Origin: Bdellovibrionales bacterium
GTDB lineage: Bacteria > Bdellovibrionota > Bdellovibrionia > Bdellovibrionales > JAUICD01
DNA: 64,000 bases
Reading direction: 5' to 3'
Assembly (NCBI GenBank): GCA_965262715.1
Contig: OZ253553.1
Location: 2,784,001 to 2,848,000, forward strand
The notes under the pieces are model-generated. The model saw nothing but the letters and a program-made list of their open reading frames with translations. It did no database searches and was not told the origin of the DNA. Positions 40,102 to 50,789 of the stretch are shown here, piece by piece (position 1 is the stretch's first letter; every line of letters starts with the position of its first letter). Both the position numbers and the translations under genes were made by a program.

Positions 40102-41580
40102 CTAATCTTTTGATGTGTCTTTTACTCTCTGAGACTTATTATTAACTATTCTATCTATTTTAATAACTTGTTTTGCTCTTGCTATAGCTAAACTATTTGG
40201 AGGAACATCGTCTGTAATAGTAGATCCACTGCCTATAACAGATCCTTTACCTACCTTTATTGGAGCTATAAGTTGTACATCGCTACCTACAAAAACATTA
40301 TCTTCTATAAGAGTTTTATATTTTTTATGATCTTCCCGGTAATTGCAAGTGATTGTTCCGCAACCTATATTAACATTTGATCCTATTTCAACGTCACCTA
40401 AATAACTCAAATGAGAAGCTTTCACATGATCTGCAAAAATAGCTTTTTTTGTTTCTACAAAATTGCCTACTTTACAATGGTTTCCAATATGAGTTTCAGG
40501 TCGCAATCTAGCATAAGGACCAATCAAACTATGAGATTCAACAATAGCATTTTCCAAATAACTTCCTGCTTTGATTTTGACATAACAACCTATCTTAGAA
40601 TCACGAATAATAGAATTAGGCTCAACCTCACAGCCTTCAGCTATTTGGGAACCTCCTAAGATATAAGTGTTTGGATAAATAGTAGCTGTTGGCTTGATAT
40701 CAACATCATCTTCAATATAAGTACTTTCAGGATCAATAATCACCACACCCCTATCCATAAGTTGCATGGCCTTTTTATAAAACACTTTTTTTGTAGTTAC
40801 TGCAAGCTCTTGTTGCGATTCAATTGGATAAGAAATATCTTCGTTCAAAGAGAGATAAGAGGCTTTTTCTGGATTTTTTTGCAAAAACTTAAAAAATATA
40901 CCCGCTAAATAGCTTGTTAAATCATCTGCTTTATATGAATGAGATAGTGAAAATATATTATTAACAATTGTTTTTTTAAAGATATAAATATTCGATCTGA
41001 GCTTTTTAGAAAAACTGCTAAGCTTGTCACTCTTCGCTGCTTCTTCAATCTGATGCTTTAAGCCTGAGTTTTGAGTAGGTGCGGCTATTGTTAAATCCTT
41101 AGCAGACTTCTGAAAGCTTTTTATGATAGATATCAAATCATTGGTTTGTAGAAGAAAACTATCTGCACTCACAAATAAAATGATTTGACTATCACATTTG
41201 GTCGTTAATTCTGACTTTATGCTATCTACTACATTTTTTAAATGACTTTGTTGAGTATAAGAAACAAGGTATGATGATAAAGACTCTTTTATTTGTGAAT
41301 ATGTATCTTTTGTAGTGACAACATTTATATCTAAGTCAGTAGGTAGCTCCTGTTGGTCTGACAATCCTCTTAAAGCTTTGACAACCCTCAGGATCATTGG
41401 AATACCTGCAACAGGATGCATGTATTTTGAAAGAGGAGAATGCATGTTAGTATCCTGATCAAATGCTAATATAAATGCGGTAAGCTTTGTTTTTGAAAAA
41501 GAATTTGATGTTTTCATTGTGATTTTCCATCTATTTTTGGGTTTGTGCTTGTTTGTTGTATGGTAATCTATTATTTTCAT
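40102..41580 (-). CDS. glmU: GlmU-like protein (acetyltransferase domain intact, uridyltransferase domain divergent)
   Basis: IGPYARLRP, VGNFVETKK, SHLSYLGD, NIGCGTITCNY, hexapeptide repeats; start uncertain. Confidence 0.85.
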   Translation of the reverse strand: MKIIDYHTTNKHKPKNRWKITMKTSNSFSKTKLTAFILAFDQDTNMHSPLSKYMHPVAGIPMILRVVKALRGLSDQQELPTDLDINVVTTKDTYSQIKESLSSYLVSYTQQSHLKNVVDSIKSELTTKCDSQIILFVSADSFLLQTNDLISIIKSFQKSAKDLTIAAPTQNSGLKHQIEEAAKSDKLSSFSKKLRSNIYIFKKTIVNNIFSLSHSYKADDLTSYLAGIFFKFLQKNPEKASYLSLNEDISYPIESQQELAVTTKKVFYKKAMQLMDRGVVIIDPESTYIEDDVDIKPTATIYPNTYILGGSQIAEGCEVEPNSIIRDSKIGCYVKIKAGSYLENAIVESHSLIGPYARLRPETHIGNHCKVGNFVETKKAIFADHVKASHLSYLGDVEIGSNVNIGCGTITCNYREDHKKYKTLIEDNVFVGSDVQLIAPIKVGKGSVIGSGSTITDDVPPNSLAIARAKQVIKIDRIVNNKSQRVKDTSKD

Positions 41581-41671
41581 AAAGGAAATGTATTTTTGAA
41601 AACTCTTTTAAATAAGACAAACTTTAGAATAAACAGTCAATTTTTATAGATTTTTACTATGGGGGTTCTAC

Positions 41672-43513
41672 TTGCAATCAAGCGCGCTTATTATAACTGA
41701 CAATAAAGTTAATAATTTAACAATAGGAGTGGAAAGCATTTCAGATCCGAAGATGGCATTTCCTCTTGCTGTCAATCAATTTGAAACAATCATTGTTGAT
41801 TCTGATCTTTTTAAGTTTGAAGAACTTCAAGATTTATTAAGAAACATAGAAACTCAATCACCTCATATGCAAAAAATCATTTCAATGTCGTCTTTAAGTT
41901 CCGAGCAGCTTTTGCAATTAGTCAATCAATTTGAAATTTTTAAAATCTTAGAAACATTTGATAATAAGGAATTAGAAAAAGCTATCGTAGAGTCTAAGGA
42001 AGCATTTTACTATTTGAAGCAAAATGAAGATCTTATTAATCTCTATGATGAACAAAATAAAAAACTTCGAGACTCAAAAAAATCACTTGAAACTCGCATC
42101 AAAAAAAGACAAGAACACCTAGAGTCACTTAAACAAAAAGCCTTAGAAAGTAGTGAACAATTAAAAACTTTAGTACAAACAATTATACGTATTCAAACTG
42201 CTGATTCCTTTGAGGATATAGAGATTGGCATCACCCAAATGCTTTCGTCCTTTATGTATCTAAGGGAGGTTAAAATTATGTTCAACTTAAATAAATCAGA
42301 GTCTTTGAGAAAAGATGATCAAAAATTTAATCTACCAAAAGATCAATATATATTTGACTTGGAATTAGAGCCAGGTCTTCCAGGTCATATTTTATACTGT
42401 AAACAAGGAAACTTCAAATCATCTGAAAAAAAGATTCTCAGGCAAATAAGTGAAGCTGCTGCTTTAACTATCAATAAAATACTGGTAAGACAAAAAACAG
42501 AAACTCTAAAAAAGCAATGGGAAAGTACTTTCCAATCCATTATTTACCCTATTGCAATTATTGATGAAAACTTTAACCTTCTTCAATTCAACAAAAGTGT
42601 GCTTTCTACACATCAAGAGAAATGTTTTCAAATTTTATTTAATCGAGACTCTCCTTGTGAGAACTGCCAAATGAAAAAATCTGAAGGAAGTTTTAAAATC
42701 TCAGATTCCAATAAATATATTGAAGTTTTAAGTCGAAAGTTTTCAGATGTTCCTTTATCTTATGTAAATGTTTATAAAGATATTACAGAAGAGGTGCTTT
42801 TAGAAAATCAAATCTTAGAAAAAGCCAAAGTATCAGAGTTAGGTATTATTGGTAGTAGTATTGCGCATGAGCTAAATAATCCTTTATCTGGAATTATTGT
42901 GCTCTTACAGATGATTGACAACGAGGTTTCTAAAAATAGTAAATATAGAGAGGATATCTTGCAAATGAGAGATGCTGCAGAAAATTGTCGCAAAATTATT
43001 GATAACTTGCTCAACTTTTCTAGAGTGTCGCCTTTTACTCAAAGCTCATCTATAGATATTAAAGATCTAATTTATAAAACTATTCACTTAACAGAACTAA
43101 AAACCAAATCTCGAGGTATTCATATTATAGTAATAGACAAAGCCAGTCATCATGTTCTCACTTTACAAACAGAAATAATACAACAGGTTTTGACAAAATT
43201 TCTTACTGTTATTTCTGAGACAGTTATTAAAGATATTGAAATAGACTTTCCTAAGGTTTTAGAAACAAGTAAAAGTATAAAAAACAAAGAACAAATTGTT
43301 ATCTCACTAGTTACAAAAGACTCTTTTTATAAAGTCATGGCTGATGTTTTTTTAACTCATGATCAACCACTACTTTCTGATGTAGACATAAGCTACATTG
43401 CCAGTCTAGTGGCCTTTTTAGGAGGAAGCTTGACCTTAAGGCCTTATGATGGAGAAAAAGCCCAGGCTGAACTGAGCATTCCCTTTACCAAAGAACCAAA
43501 AAGCCTCAATTGA
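41672..43513 (+). CDS. Sensor histidine kinase (HisKA intact, ATPase domain degenerate)
   Basis: IAHELNNPLSG; WESTFQSI PAS-like segment; N and G boxes not evident. Confidence 0.75.
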   Translation: MQSSALIITDNKVNNLTIGVESISDPKMAFPLAVNQFETIIVDSDLFKFEELQDLLRNIETQSPHMQKIISMSSLSSEQLLQLVNQFEIFKILETFDNKELEKAIVESKEAFYYLKQNEDLINLYDEQNKKLRDSKKSLETRIKKRQEHLESLKQKALESSEQLKTLVQTIIRIQTADSFEDIEIGITQMLSSFMYLREVKIMFNLNKSESLRKDDQKFNLPKDQYIFDLELEPGLPGHILYCKQGNFKSSEKKILRQISEAAALTINKILVRQKTETLKKQWESTFQSIIYPIAIIDENFNLLQFNKSVLSTHQEKCFQILFNRDSPCENCQMKKSEGSFKISDSNKYIEVLSRKFSDVPLSYVNVYKDITEEVLLENQILEKAKVSELGIIGSSIAHELNNPLSGIIVLLQMIDNEVSKNSKYREDILQMRDAAENCRKIIDNLLNFSRVSPFTQSSSIDIKDLIYKTIHLTELKTKSRGIHIIVIDKASHHVLTLQTEIIQQVLTKFLTVISETVIKDIEIDFPKVLETSKSIKNKEQIVISLVTKDSFYKVMADVFLTHDQPLLSDVDISYIASLVAFLGGSLTLRPYDGEKAQAELSIPFTKEPKSLN

Positions 43514-43630
43514 AGTCCAAATCTTAAAGCGTCTAATCTTCTGTAAATTGACAAGAAAAGCAAAACGCTTTTACTCTGATTTAAGCCTCATAATTTTCTT
43601 AAATATATTTTAGGCTAGGAGATAAGCTAG

Positions 43631-44713
43631 ATGGATCAAATAAAAAAAGAAACAGTTCATGACTTTCAAAAAAATACTATCTCCAAATTACCTTCATCTA
43701 TACAAATCTCAAGTGTTCAACGATCATCATATAATAAATGTAATAAAAAATTAGTAAATATCATTGGACAGAGTTTAGAAATCATAAAGCTTCTAAACTT
43801 AATTGAACGTATAGCCAATGTTAGCTCTAATGTATTGATTACTGGTGAGACAGGAACAGGTAAAGAACTTGTTGCTCGTAGAATCCATAACCTTTCTTCA
43901 CGAGCAAATAAGCCATTAGTTTCTGTCAATTGTGGAGCCATTCCTAGAGAGATATTAGAAAGTGAGCTTTTTGGTCATGTTAAAGGAGCTTTCACTGGAG
44001 CTATTTTAGATCGAAAAGGTCGTTTTGAAATGGCAAATGGCAGTAGTATCTTTCTAGATGAAATAGGGGATATGAGTTGTCACCTGCAAGTTAAGTTATT
44101 GCGAGTTTTACAAGAAAAAGAATTTGAACCTGTAGGATCCGATAAAACTCTACGTGTAGATGTTAGAATTATTGCAGCTACAAATAAAAACTTGGAAAAA
44201 GCAGTTGCCGAATCTCAATTTAGAGAAGATCTTTTTTACCGTCTTAATGTTCTTCCTGTGCATGTGCCTTCTTTAAGTCAGAGACGTTCTGATATTCCTC
44301 TTTTGATTGAACACTTTATAGAAAAATTTAATCAACTCAATCAAAAGAAAATTGAAGAAGTTTCTACTGATGCTATGAATTTACTATACTGGTATGCTTG
44401 GCCAGGTAATGTTAGAGAACTAGAAAACCTTGTAGAAAGATTAGTTTTCTTAAAAGATGGAGGTCTCATTGATGTTCATGATATTCCACCACAATATCAA
44501 ATGACACCTAAATGTAATGATCCTGTATCTGCTGTTATATCTGATTTATCTAGAGGGATTGATTTGAACTCTGTTATAAACCAATATGAGAGCAGTTTGA
44601 TTTTAAAGGCTTTAGAAAAGACAGGATGGAATCGCAATCAAGCTGCCTTACTTCTTAATATTAATCGCACCACTCTTATTGAAAAAATGAAGAAAAAAGG
44701 ACTTAAAAATTAA
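43631..44713 (+). CDS. Sigma-54-dependent enhancer-binding protein (AAA+ and Fis HTH), no receiver domain
   Basis: GETGTGKE, ESELFGH, GAFTGA, WPGNVREL, C-terminal HTH. Confidence 0.95.
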   Translation: MDQIKKETVHDFQKNTISKLPSSIQISSVQRSSYNKCNKKLVNIIGQSLEIIKLLNLIERIANVSSNVLITGETGTGKELVARRIHNLSSRANKPLVSVNCGAIPREILESELFGHVKGAFTGAILDRKGRFEMANGSSIFLDEIGDMSCHLQVKLLRVLQEKEFEPVGSDKTLRVDVRIIAATNKNLEKAVAESQFREDLFYRLNVLPVHVPSLSQRRSDIPLLIEHFIEKFNQLNQKKIEEVSTDAMNLLYWYAWPGNVRELENLVERLVFLKDGGLIDVHDIPPQYQMTPKCNDPVSAVISDLSRGIDLNSVINQYESSLILKALEKTGWNRNQAALLLNINRTTLIEKMKKKGLKN

Positions 44714-44915
44714 AATATATTTTTAGGTTCATAACTAGTTAGGAAAAAACATATTCATCTTATGCCATATTAAAAGGAAAGACTTATGAGAAAATCAATT
44801 AAAAAACTCACCTTGCTACCTTTATTGATCATGCTAGTTGGATGTTCAGAAAGCTTGAGAAAATATGCAACTTTTAAAGAAAGAGGATCACAAACTCAAA
44901 CATTTGTAGACAATA

Positions 44916-45220
44916 TTCAAGATTTTCTTGGAAATGAAGTTATGGAGAGCGATAATATTCAATGTCAAATAGAGACAAATGATGCATTTAAAGATATGGA
45001 TATGAGAATATTTTTGGAAGAACTTCTTTTTAGCGTAGAGTTAAAAAGTGTTGTTAAAGCCTTACATAATGTAGTTGAAGGTGATGATATAACATCAATA
45101 GATATTGAGAAAATAACTACTGCGGAAGTTGATCCATCTATGTATGAAACTCAAGCCTTTCTTAGTTTTCTAGAAAGAACTTCAGAAGGAGATATCAATA
45201 ATTATAATTCGGAACTAAGT
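44916..45220 (+). repeat. 305-bp target-site duplication, left copy
   Basis: Matches 47174-47478. Confidence 0.95.
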
Positions 45221-47173
45221 CCTGAGTTTGACAGTTGCGAAAATAAAGTTGAGTTATTTTAGTTAGTTACAGTGGATGTGTGATTTTGTACCACTACATT
45301 TTGATTTTGTGGTAGAGATTTAAGAGATTGTTTGTAGGTTTAAGTAGATTCAATTTTAAGTTGTTTTGATGGGATCTTAACTCCTATAGCTTTAAATACA
45401 TCAGCGTTATTGCCATAAATATCTGTTCTTATCCAAATAGTTTTGTTTTTATATCTGACAGGTATAGCTCGTACTTCTTTCAGCTTTGACATAGCTTCCG
45501 CTACACTCAATGGCCTTGACTTTATTCTCTTGTCTGTGATCGCTTTATCTTTTAATGTGATGTTTCTTTGATGTAACTTCTTTGCAAAATAAGCCTCACA
45601 TAAGTAAGATAAAAAACACACAACTAAATGACCTAATATCCTCTTATCTGTCCAGTGGAACATAGGACGTGTCTTTAATGTACCCTTCAACTCTCTAAAT
45701 GAATTCTCTACCTTCCATAATTGCTTATAGTTCATTATAATCTCTTCAGAGCTTAAATCTGTGTTTGTAATTATTCCAAAAAAACCATCTGTCCTCTCTG
45801 ATTGTTCTATAGCTGACTTATTTAAAGTAGGCTTGCCTTTACTCTTAGGATGAACAATATACTTCTTATAATTACTATTAGATAAAAAAGATCTTGTGCT
45901 TATGGACTTCTTTGATAATTGAGCTTCTATCTTAGATAGAATATCTTCTCTTACTTTCTTATCTCGTTCTGCTCTCTTTCTCGACCAGGTAATTATACAA
46001 CGATCATTATTATAGCTTGTCTCGTATATAGCTAAATCTTCATTTATAAATTTAAAATTCTTTAAATTGTATATCTCTGCATGACGATCCTTTAATAAAC
46101 CTAGCTTTAATCCTACTATAAATTCATCTCCCTTTGCTTTTAATGATTGGAGATTCTCATTAGAAAATAAACCTCTATCTCCTACTAATATAAATCTTCT
46201 GATCTTAAACTTCTTTTTTAGCTTCGTCATAACTGAAGGTATTGTTTTACCTTCAAATGTATTCCCAGGATAAACATCAAAGCCTAAGGGCATACCTTCT
46301 GTATCTACTAAAAGTCCAAATACCACTTGTGTGCAATCACTCCTCTTCTCTTTGCTATAACCAAACCTTCGAAGATTATCTAAATCCTCACGGGTACTCT
46401 CAAATCTCAATGTCGTTAAATCATACAAAATAACATCACACTCATTGAAAAAACTTAATTGAGACTTACCTCGCATATAAAGAGTCTTCTCTATATCTTC
46501 TTTATGCTTACTTAGAATATCTAAAGAACGATAAATGTCTTGAAGATGAAGCTCCCCTTCTAAAAAATCAGGATAAAATAACTTCTGCCAGTGTGAAAAT
46601 ACTTTAAGCTTAGAACAAGGCTCTACAAAACGACTTATAACCAATGTAAAAATAATCTTAACAAAATCAAATTGCACTTTACGATGCTTCTGTTTTAAAT
46701 CTGTTAATAATCTATAGAGATTTAATTGTTTAAAAATAGTATCTATTATAAGCAAAGGACCTAAAATAAAAGTGTCTTTTACATCAATCTCTTTTAATAA
46801 CTTACTAGCAGGAATTATCTCTAACTCTTTAGATAATACTTCTAGAAGCTTCTTCAAGTTAACTTCCTTATCCGCGGCTTTACCTAAAGACATTAGAATC
46901 CTTTGCTTCACTTGAGAACCTAATCTGTAGCTCTCAACAAGATGATAATATATGTCTCCTCTCGGATTTCTTGTAGACCTTATGAACATAAAAATACATT
47001 ACAAGAAAAATATAAAAAATAAAAGAAAATAAGGTATATGACGCGTAGTGTATGATAAATAAGTACACTACACTTTTTGACCAAAATACAAACACAATAA
47101 CCGCTAATGACTATAAATACAACATTCCTTGAAAAAAATATCACGAAAATTCAAATTAAGTGTCAAACTCAGG
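45221..47173 (-). mobile_element. IS1634-family element
   Basis: IRs CCTGAGTTTGAC/GTCAAACTCAGG. Confidence 0.95.
45340..46989 (-). CDS. IS1634-family transposase
   Basis: YDLTTLRFE, GYSKEKRSD, VGDRG, LWKVENSFRELK, RPMFHW. Confidence 0.95.
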   Translation of the reverse strand: MFIRSTRNPRGDIYYHLVESYRLGSQVKQRILMSLGKAADKEVNLKKLLEVLSKELEIIPASKLLKEIDVKDTFILGPLLIIDTIFKQLNLYRLLTDLKQKHRKVQFDFVKIIFTLVISRFVEPCSKLKVFSHWQKLFYPDFLEGELHLQDIYRSLDILSKHKEDIEKTLYMRGKSQLSFFNECDVILYDLTTLRFESTREDLDNLRRFGYSKEKRSDCTQVVFGLLVDTEGMPLGFDVYPGNTFEGKTIPSVMTKLKKKFKIRRFILVGDRGLFSNENLQSLKAKGDEFIVGLKLGLLKDRHAEIYNLKNFKFINEDLAIYETSYNNDRCIITWSRKRAERDKKVREDILSKIEAQLSKKSISTRSFLSNSNYKKYIVHPKSKGKPTLNKSAIEQSERTDGFFGIITNTDLSSEEIIMNYKQLWKVENSFRELKGTLKTRPMFHWTDKRILGHLVVCFLSYLCEAYFAKKLHQRNITLKDKAITDKRIKSRPLSVAEAMSKLKEVRAIPVRYKNKTIWIRTDIYGNNADVFKAIGVKIPSKQLKIEST

Positions 47174-47478
47174 TTCAAGATTTTCTTGGAAATGAAGTTA
47201 TGGAGAGCGATAATATTCAATGTCAAATAGAGACAAATGATGCATTTAAAGATATGGATATGAGAATATTTTTGGAAGAACTTCTTTTTAGCGTAGAGTT
47301 AAAAAGTGTTGTTAAAGCCTTACATAATGTAGTTGAAGGTGATGATATAACATCAATAGATATTGAGAAAATAACTACTGCGGAAGTTGATCCATCTATG
47401 TATGAAACTCAAGCCTTTCTTAGTTTTCTAGAAAGAACTTCAGAAGGAGATATCAATAATTATAATTCGGAACTAAGT
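47174..47478 (+). repeat. 305-bp target-site duplication, right copy
   Basis: Matches 44916-45220. Confidence 0.95.
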
Positions 47479-48065
47479 GCATTGAAAAGTCTATGGTCTA
47501 ATTGTCAAGAAAACCCACAAACTTCCTTGTCACGTGAAGATCAGCTTATAAAAGATGTATTTATGTTTTGGAGAGACCACATGATATCTGTAAATCATAT
47601 TAACAATTGTCAGGAAGAGGTTAGAGCTTATGTATTTAATAATGATGAGTTATCTTTGTACATAGAAAGCTACATAAACCCTCTACAGACTGGCACTCAA
47701 CAAAATGCTGATCAAGTGATATTAGAATTTAATGATATAAAAGAAATACAAGATAACTGTACTGTGGATGAGGGTTTGGAGCTAACTGATCCTCAAAGAG
47801 AAGCTGAACAGCTTATAAGAGAGATGTTTGCATTTTGGATTGATAAAATGATACCTCTTAATAATAATGTTTGTCAACAGGGTGTGGTAGACTATATAGC
47901 TGGTAATGATGAGTTAATACTTTTTATAAATGATTTATTCAATGTTGCCCTTGATCCTCTTAATACTATATATGATGATATCAGTGAACCTGAGAGTCCA
48001 TTTCGAGATCGCATGAGGGGCCACTTGGATGAATTGGAGAGCAATTGGGATATGTGTATAAATGG

Positions 48066-48302
48066 CTAGGGGTTGCCTGCTGGTTTTAAGTTTTGTAGAT
48101 AATCCTCAAAAGGCAAGTCGCTATTGTCAAGTTCTTTGGAACAGAGTGCCTCGCCAATAAGGCTACCAGCCAAGCTTTCTAACTCATTGGCACTCAAATC
48201 TATTTTTAGCATTTGATACAGGGTAGATCCCGCAGCAATAACACGACCGATATAAGGTAGATTTTTCAAAGCCTTTCTTTTCAATTTGCCAAATCGGCTC
48301 AA
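48066..48302 (-). CDS. Small hypothetical protein
   Basis: 78 aa ORF with TTG start; no motif. Confidence 0.3.
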   Translation of the reverse strand: MSRFGKLKRKALKNLPYIGRVIAAGSTLYQMLKIDLSANELESLAGSLIGEALCSKELDNSDLPFEDYLQNLKPAGNP

Positions 48303-48800
48303 TAACCTTAGAGATTTTGTTTCATAACAATTTGAGCTGACTTTTAGGGTGTTTAACTTTGTGCCTATTCTTTTGATGGCTTATGATGCGCTCTTTCATA
48401 AGCTTTTACTATTATTATAATAGATGTCTGATCTTTGTATCTCGTCAATAACTTTAAATAAATGAGAAGATCTAACTTTTTATTAAGAAGCTTTATTTGA
48501 TCTTATGTATTTGAAATGTCTTCTTTGCCAAATATATAGCTAATGTGCTAGCTTCTCTTATGAGTTTGTCTTCGATGAGTTTCTTTTCTTAGATTCATTA
48601 TAAAGGGCATATTTGATGTTGATCGATGAATAGATGAGGTAGGTTTATCTATTGATCCAGAAAGAAATATTTTAAAAGAGACAATAACACTGTTGAGTGT
48701 AATGTAAAATGTAAAGTAGAGTTCATCAACAAAAATAAAACTTGTATGAGATAGTAAGGACAGCAAATTTAAAATAAAGTTCTGAAAAAGAGTAGCAGGA

Positions 48801-49637
48801 ATGAATAAAAAGCTAGCAATACCAGAATTATTAGAACAGGCGAACAAAAGTCGTATTTTGATTTTACGTATGCTTGAAAAGGCAGGCAGTGGTCATCCTG
48901 GAAGCTCCTTATCTGCTATTGATCTTATTACGGCACTTTTTTTTAGGCAGATGCATTTTAAACCTCAAAATCCGACTTGGCCAGATCGAGATCGCTTTAT
49001 TTTAAGTAAAGGGCATGCAGCTCCTGCTCTTTATGCCACCTTAGGTTACTGTGGATATTTTGACCCAGAAGATACATTGTCTTTACGCAAACTAAATAGT
49101 CCTTTTCAGGGTCATCCTGATCATATAAGAATCCCTGCTGTAGAGGCTTCTACAGGTTCTTTAGGTCAAGGTTTATCTGTATCTATCGGAATGTCCCTTT
49201 GCGCGCGTATGGATAAGAAGAGTCATCGTATTTACTGCCTTATAGGGGATGGTGAGATGCAGGAGGGGCAAGTATGGGAAGCTATTATGTCAGCTGGAAA
49301 TTTTTCTTTAGATAACTTATGTCTTATTATAGACTGCAACAAATATCAGATTGATGGTCGAGTAGATGACATCATGAGCTTATCTCCTCTTGTGGAAAAA
49401 CTTCAGGCTTTTAAATGGAATGTCTTACAAATTGATGGACATGATATGCCTCAAATTGTAAAAGCTTTTGAAGATGCTTCTTCTCATAAAGGGCAGCCTA
49501 CTGTGGTGGTTGCTCATACAATTAAGGGTAAAGGAGTAAGCTTTATGGAAAATGACAATCATTGGCATGGTGTGGCTCCCAACTCACAGGAATTAAAGCA
49601 AGCTCTTGATGAACTCAATTCACCATCTGCAAAATGA
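48801..49637 (+). CDS. Transketolase, N-terminal subunit
   Basis: GSGHPG, DRFILSKGHA, STGSLGQG, GDGEMQEG. Confidence 0.95.
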   Translation: MNKKLAIPELLEQANKSRILILRMLEKAGSGHPGSSLSAIDLITALFFRQMHFKPQNPTWPDRDRFILSKGHAAPALYATLGYCGYFDPEDTLSLRKLNSPFQGHPDHIRIPAVEASTGSLGQGLSVSIGMSLCARMDKKSHRIYCLIGDGEMQEGQVWEAIMSAGNFSLDNLCLIIDCNKYQIDGRVDDIMSLSPLVEKLQAFKWNVLQIDGHDMPQIVKAFEDASSHKGQPTVVVAHTIKGKGVSFMENDNHWHGVAPNSQELKQALDELNSPSAK

Positions 49638-49794
49638 TGAAAAGATGGCAATGCCAGAAGCCTTTTTTTGCAAAACTAAAGATATAATTTTAATAAGAGA
49701 AGGTACATATCAATAACGAAGATGAGGAGATACAAGTTTATCACATAACCTTTTTTTGGAAAATTAAAGATACAGTTTAAACGAGGAGGTACGT

Positions 49795-50736
49795 ATCGGT
49801 AACGAAAAAGCGACGAGGGTGAGTTTTGGGGAGTCTTTGTTAGAGTTGGGAGAGGAGTTTCCAGAGATTGTGGTTTTGGATGCAGATTTGTCTAAGAGCA
49901 CGCAGTCTGCCTTATTTGCTAGGAAGTTTCCTGAAAGATTTTTTCAGATGGGTATTCAGGAGGCCAATATGATTGGAGCGGCTTCTGGCATGGCCTTTGA
50001 TGGGAAAATTCCTTTTTTATGTTCTTTTGGGGCTTTTCTGACGGGTCGGTTTGACACTATACGTGTAACTGTTGGTTATGGTGAGGCAAATATTCGATTA
50101 GTGGGTACTCATGCTGGTATTGGCATTGGAGAAGATGGAACGACACAGATGGCTTTGGAGGACTTAGCTTGTATGCAGGTTATACCTGGAATGAGTGTAT
50201 TTTCTCCGGCAGATGATATAGAGACGAAGGCTCTTATGAGGTACTTGGTAGATCATAAAGGCCCTGTTTATTTAAGGTTAACTCGTCAAAAAGTTCCTCA
50301 AGTTTTTGAAAGTGGTTACCAATTTCGTTATGGAAAGTTCACAGAGGTTAAGGAAGGAAAGGACGCGCTCGTTTTGACCACGGGTCATCAGACGGGTTTA
50401 GGCCTGCAAGCGGCTAACTTATTAGAGAAAGAAGGAATAAGTCTTGCTGTTATGAATGTTTGTACTATTAAGCCTATTGATAGGAAAGCTATTGAATATT
50501 GGATAAATCGGGTTCCTTTTATTTTTACGGCAGAAGACCATAATGTGGTAGGAGGTATGGGCAGTGCTGTGGCAAATGTCATGGCAGAGAAGGCTTCACA
50601 AGCTAGGCTTGTTAAAATTGGAGTTCCTGACACTTTTGGAGAAAGCGGCCCACCTAATGCTCTTTATGAAAAGTATGCTTTAGATGCCACAGGTATAGCC
50701 CGCACTGTCAAAAGTCATCTTTCTTTGGTATCTTAA
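49795..50736 (+). CDS. Transketolase, C-terminal subunit (probable ATC start)
   Basis: KATR..FGE, DADLSKST, GIQEANM, GEDGTT; SD GGAGG before in-frame ATC. Confidence 0.9.
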   Translation: MGNEKATRVSFGESLLELGEEFPEIVVLDADLSKSTQSALFARKFPERFFQMGIQEANMIGAASGMAFDGKIPFLCSFGAFLTGRFDTIRVTVGYGEANIRLVGTHAGIGIGEDGTTQMALEDLACMQVIPGMSVFSPADDIETKALMRYLVDHKGPVYLRLTRQKVPQVFESGYQFRYGKFTEVKEGKDALVLTTGHQTGLGLQAANLLEKEGISLAVMNVCTIKPIDRKAIEYWINRVPFIFTAEDHNVVGGMGSAVANVMAEKASQARLVKIGVPDTFGESGPPNALYEKYALDATGIARTVKSHLSLVS

Positions 50737-50789
50737 GTTATTGGGTGTTTTTTTCAAAAAAGTTATTTATATTTAATAAGGAGGTCCCA

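Larger units (their letters stand above)
44786..48069 (+). pseudogene. Lipoprotein gene interrupted by IS1634
   Basis: Lipobox LVGC at the N-terminus; 3' part continues after the IS and the duplicated segment. Confidence 0.8.

Noticed and set aside
44891..44898. CAAACTCA near the IS1634 target resembling the IS end
   Set aside because: An 8-bp match outside the duplication; likely chance.
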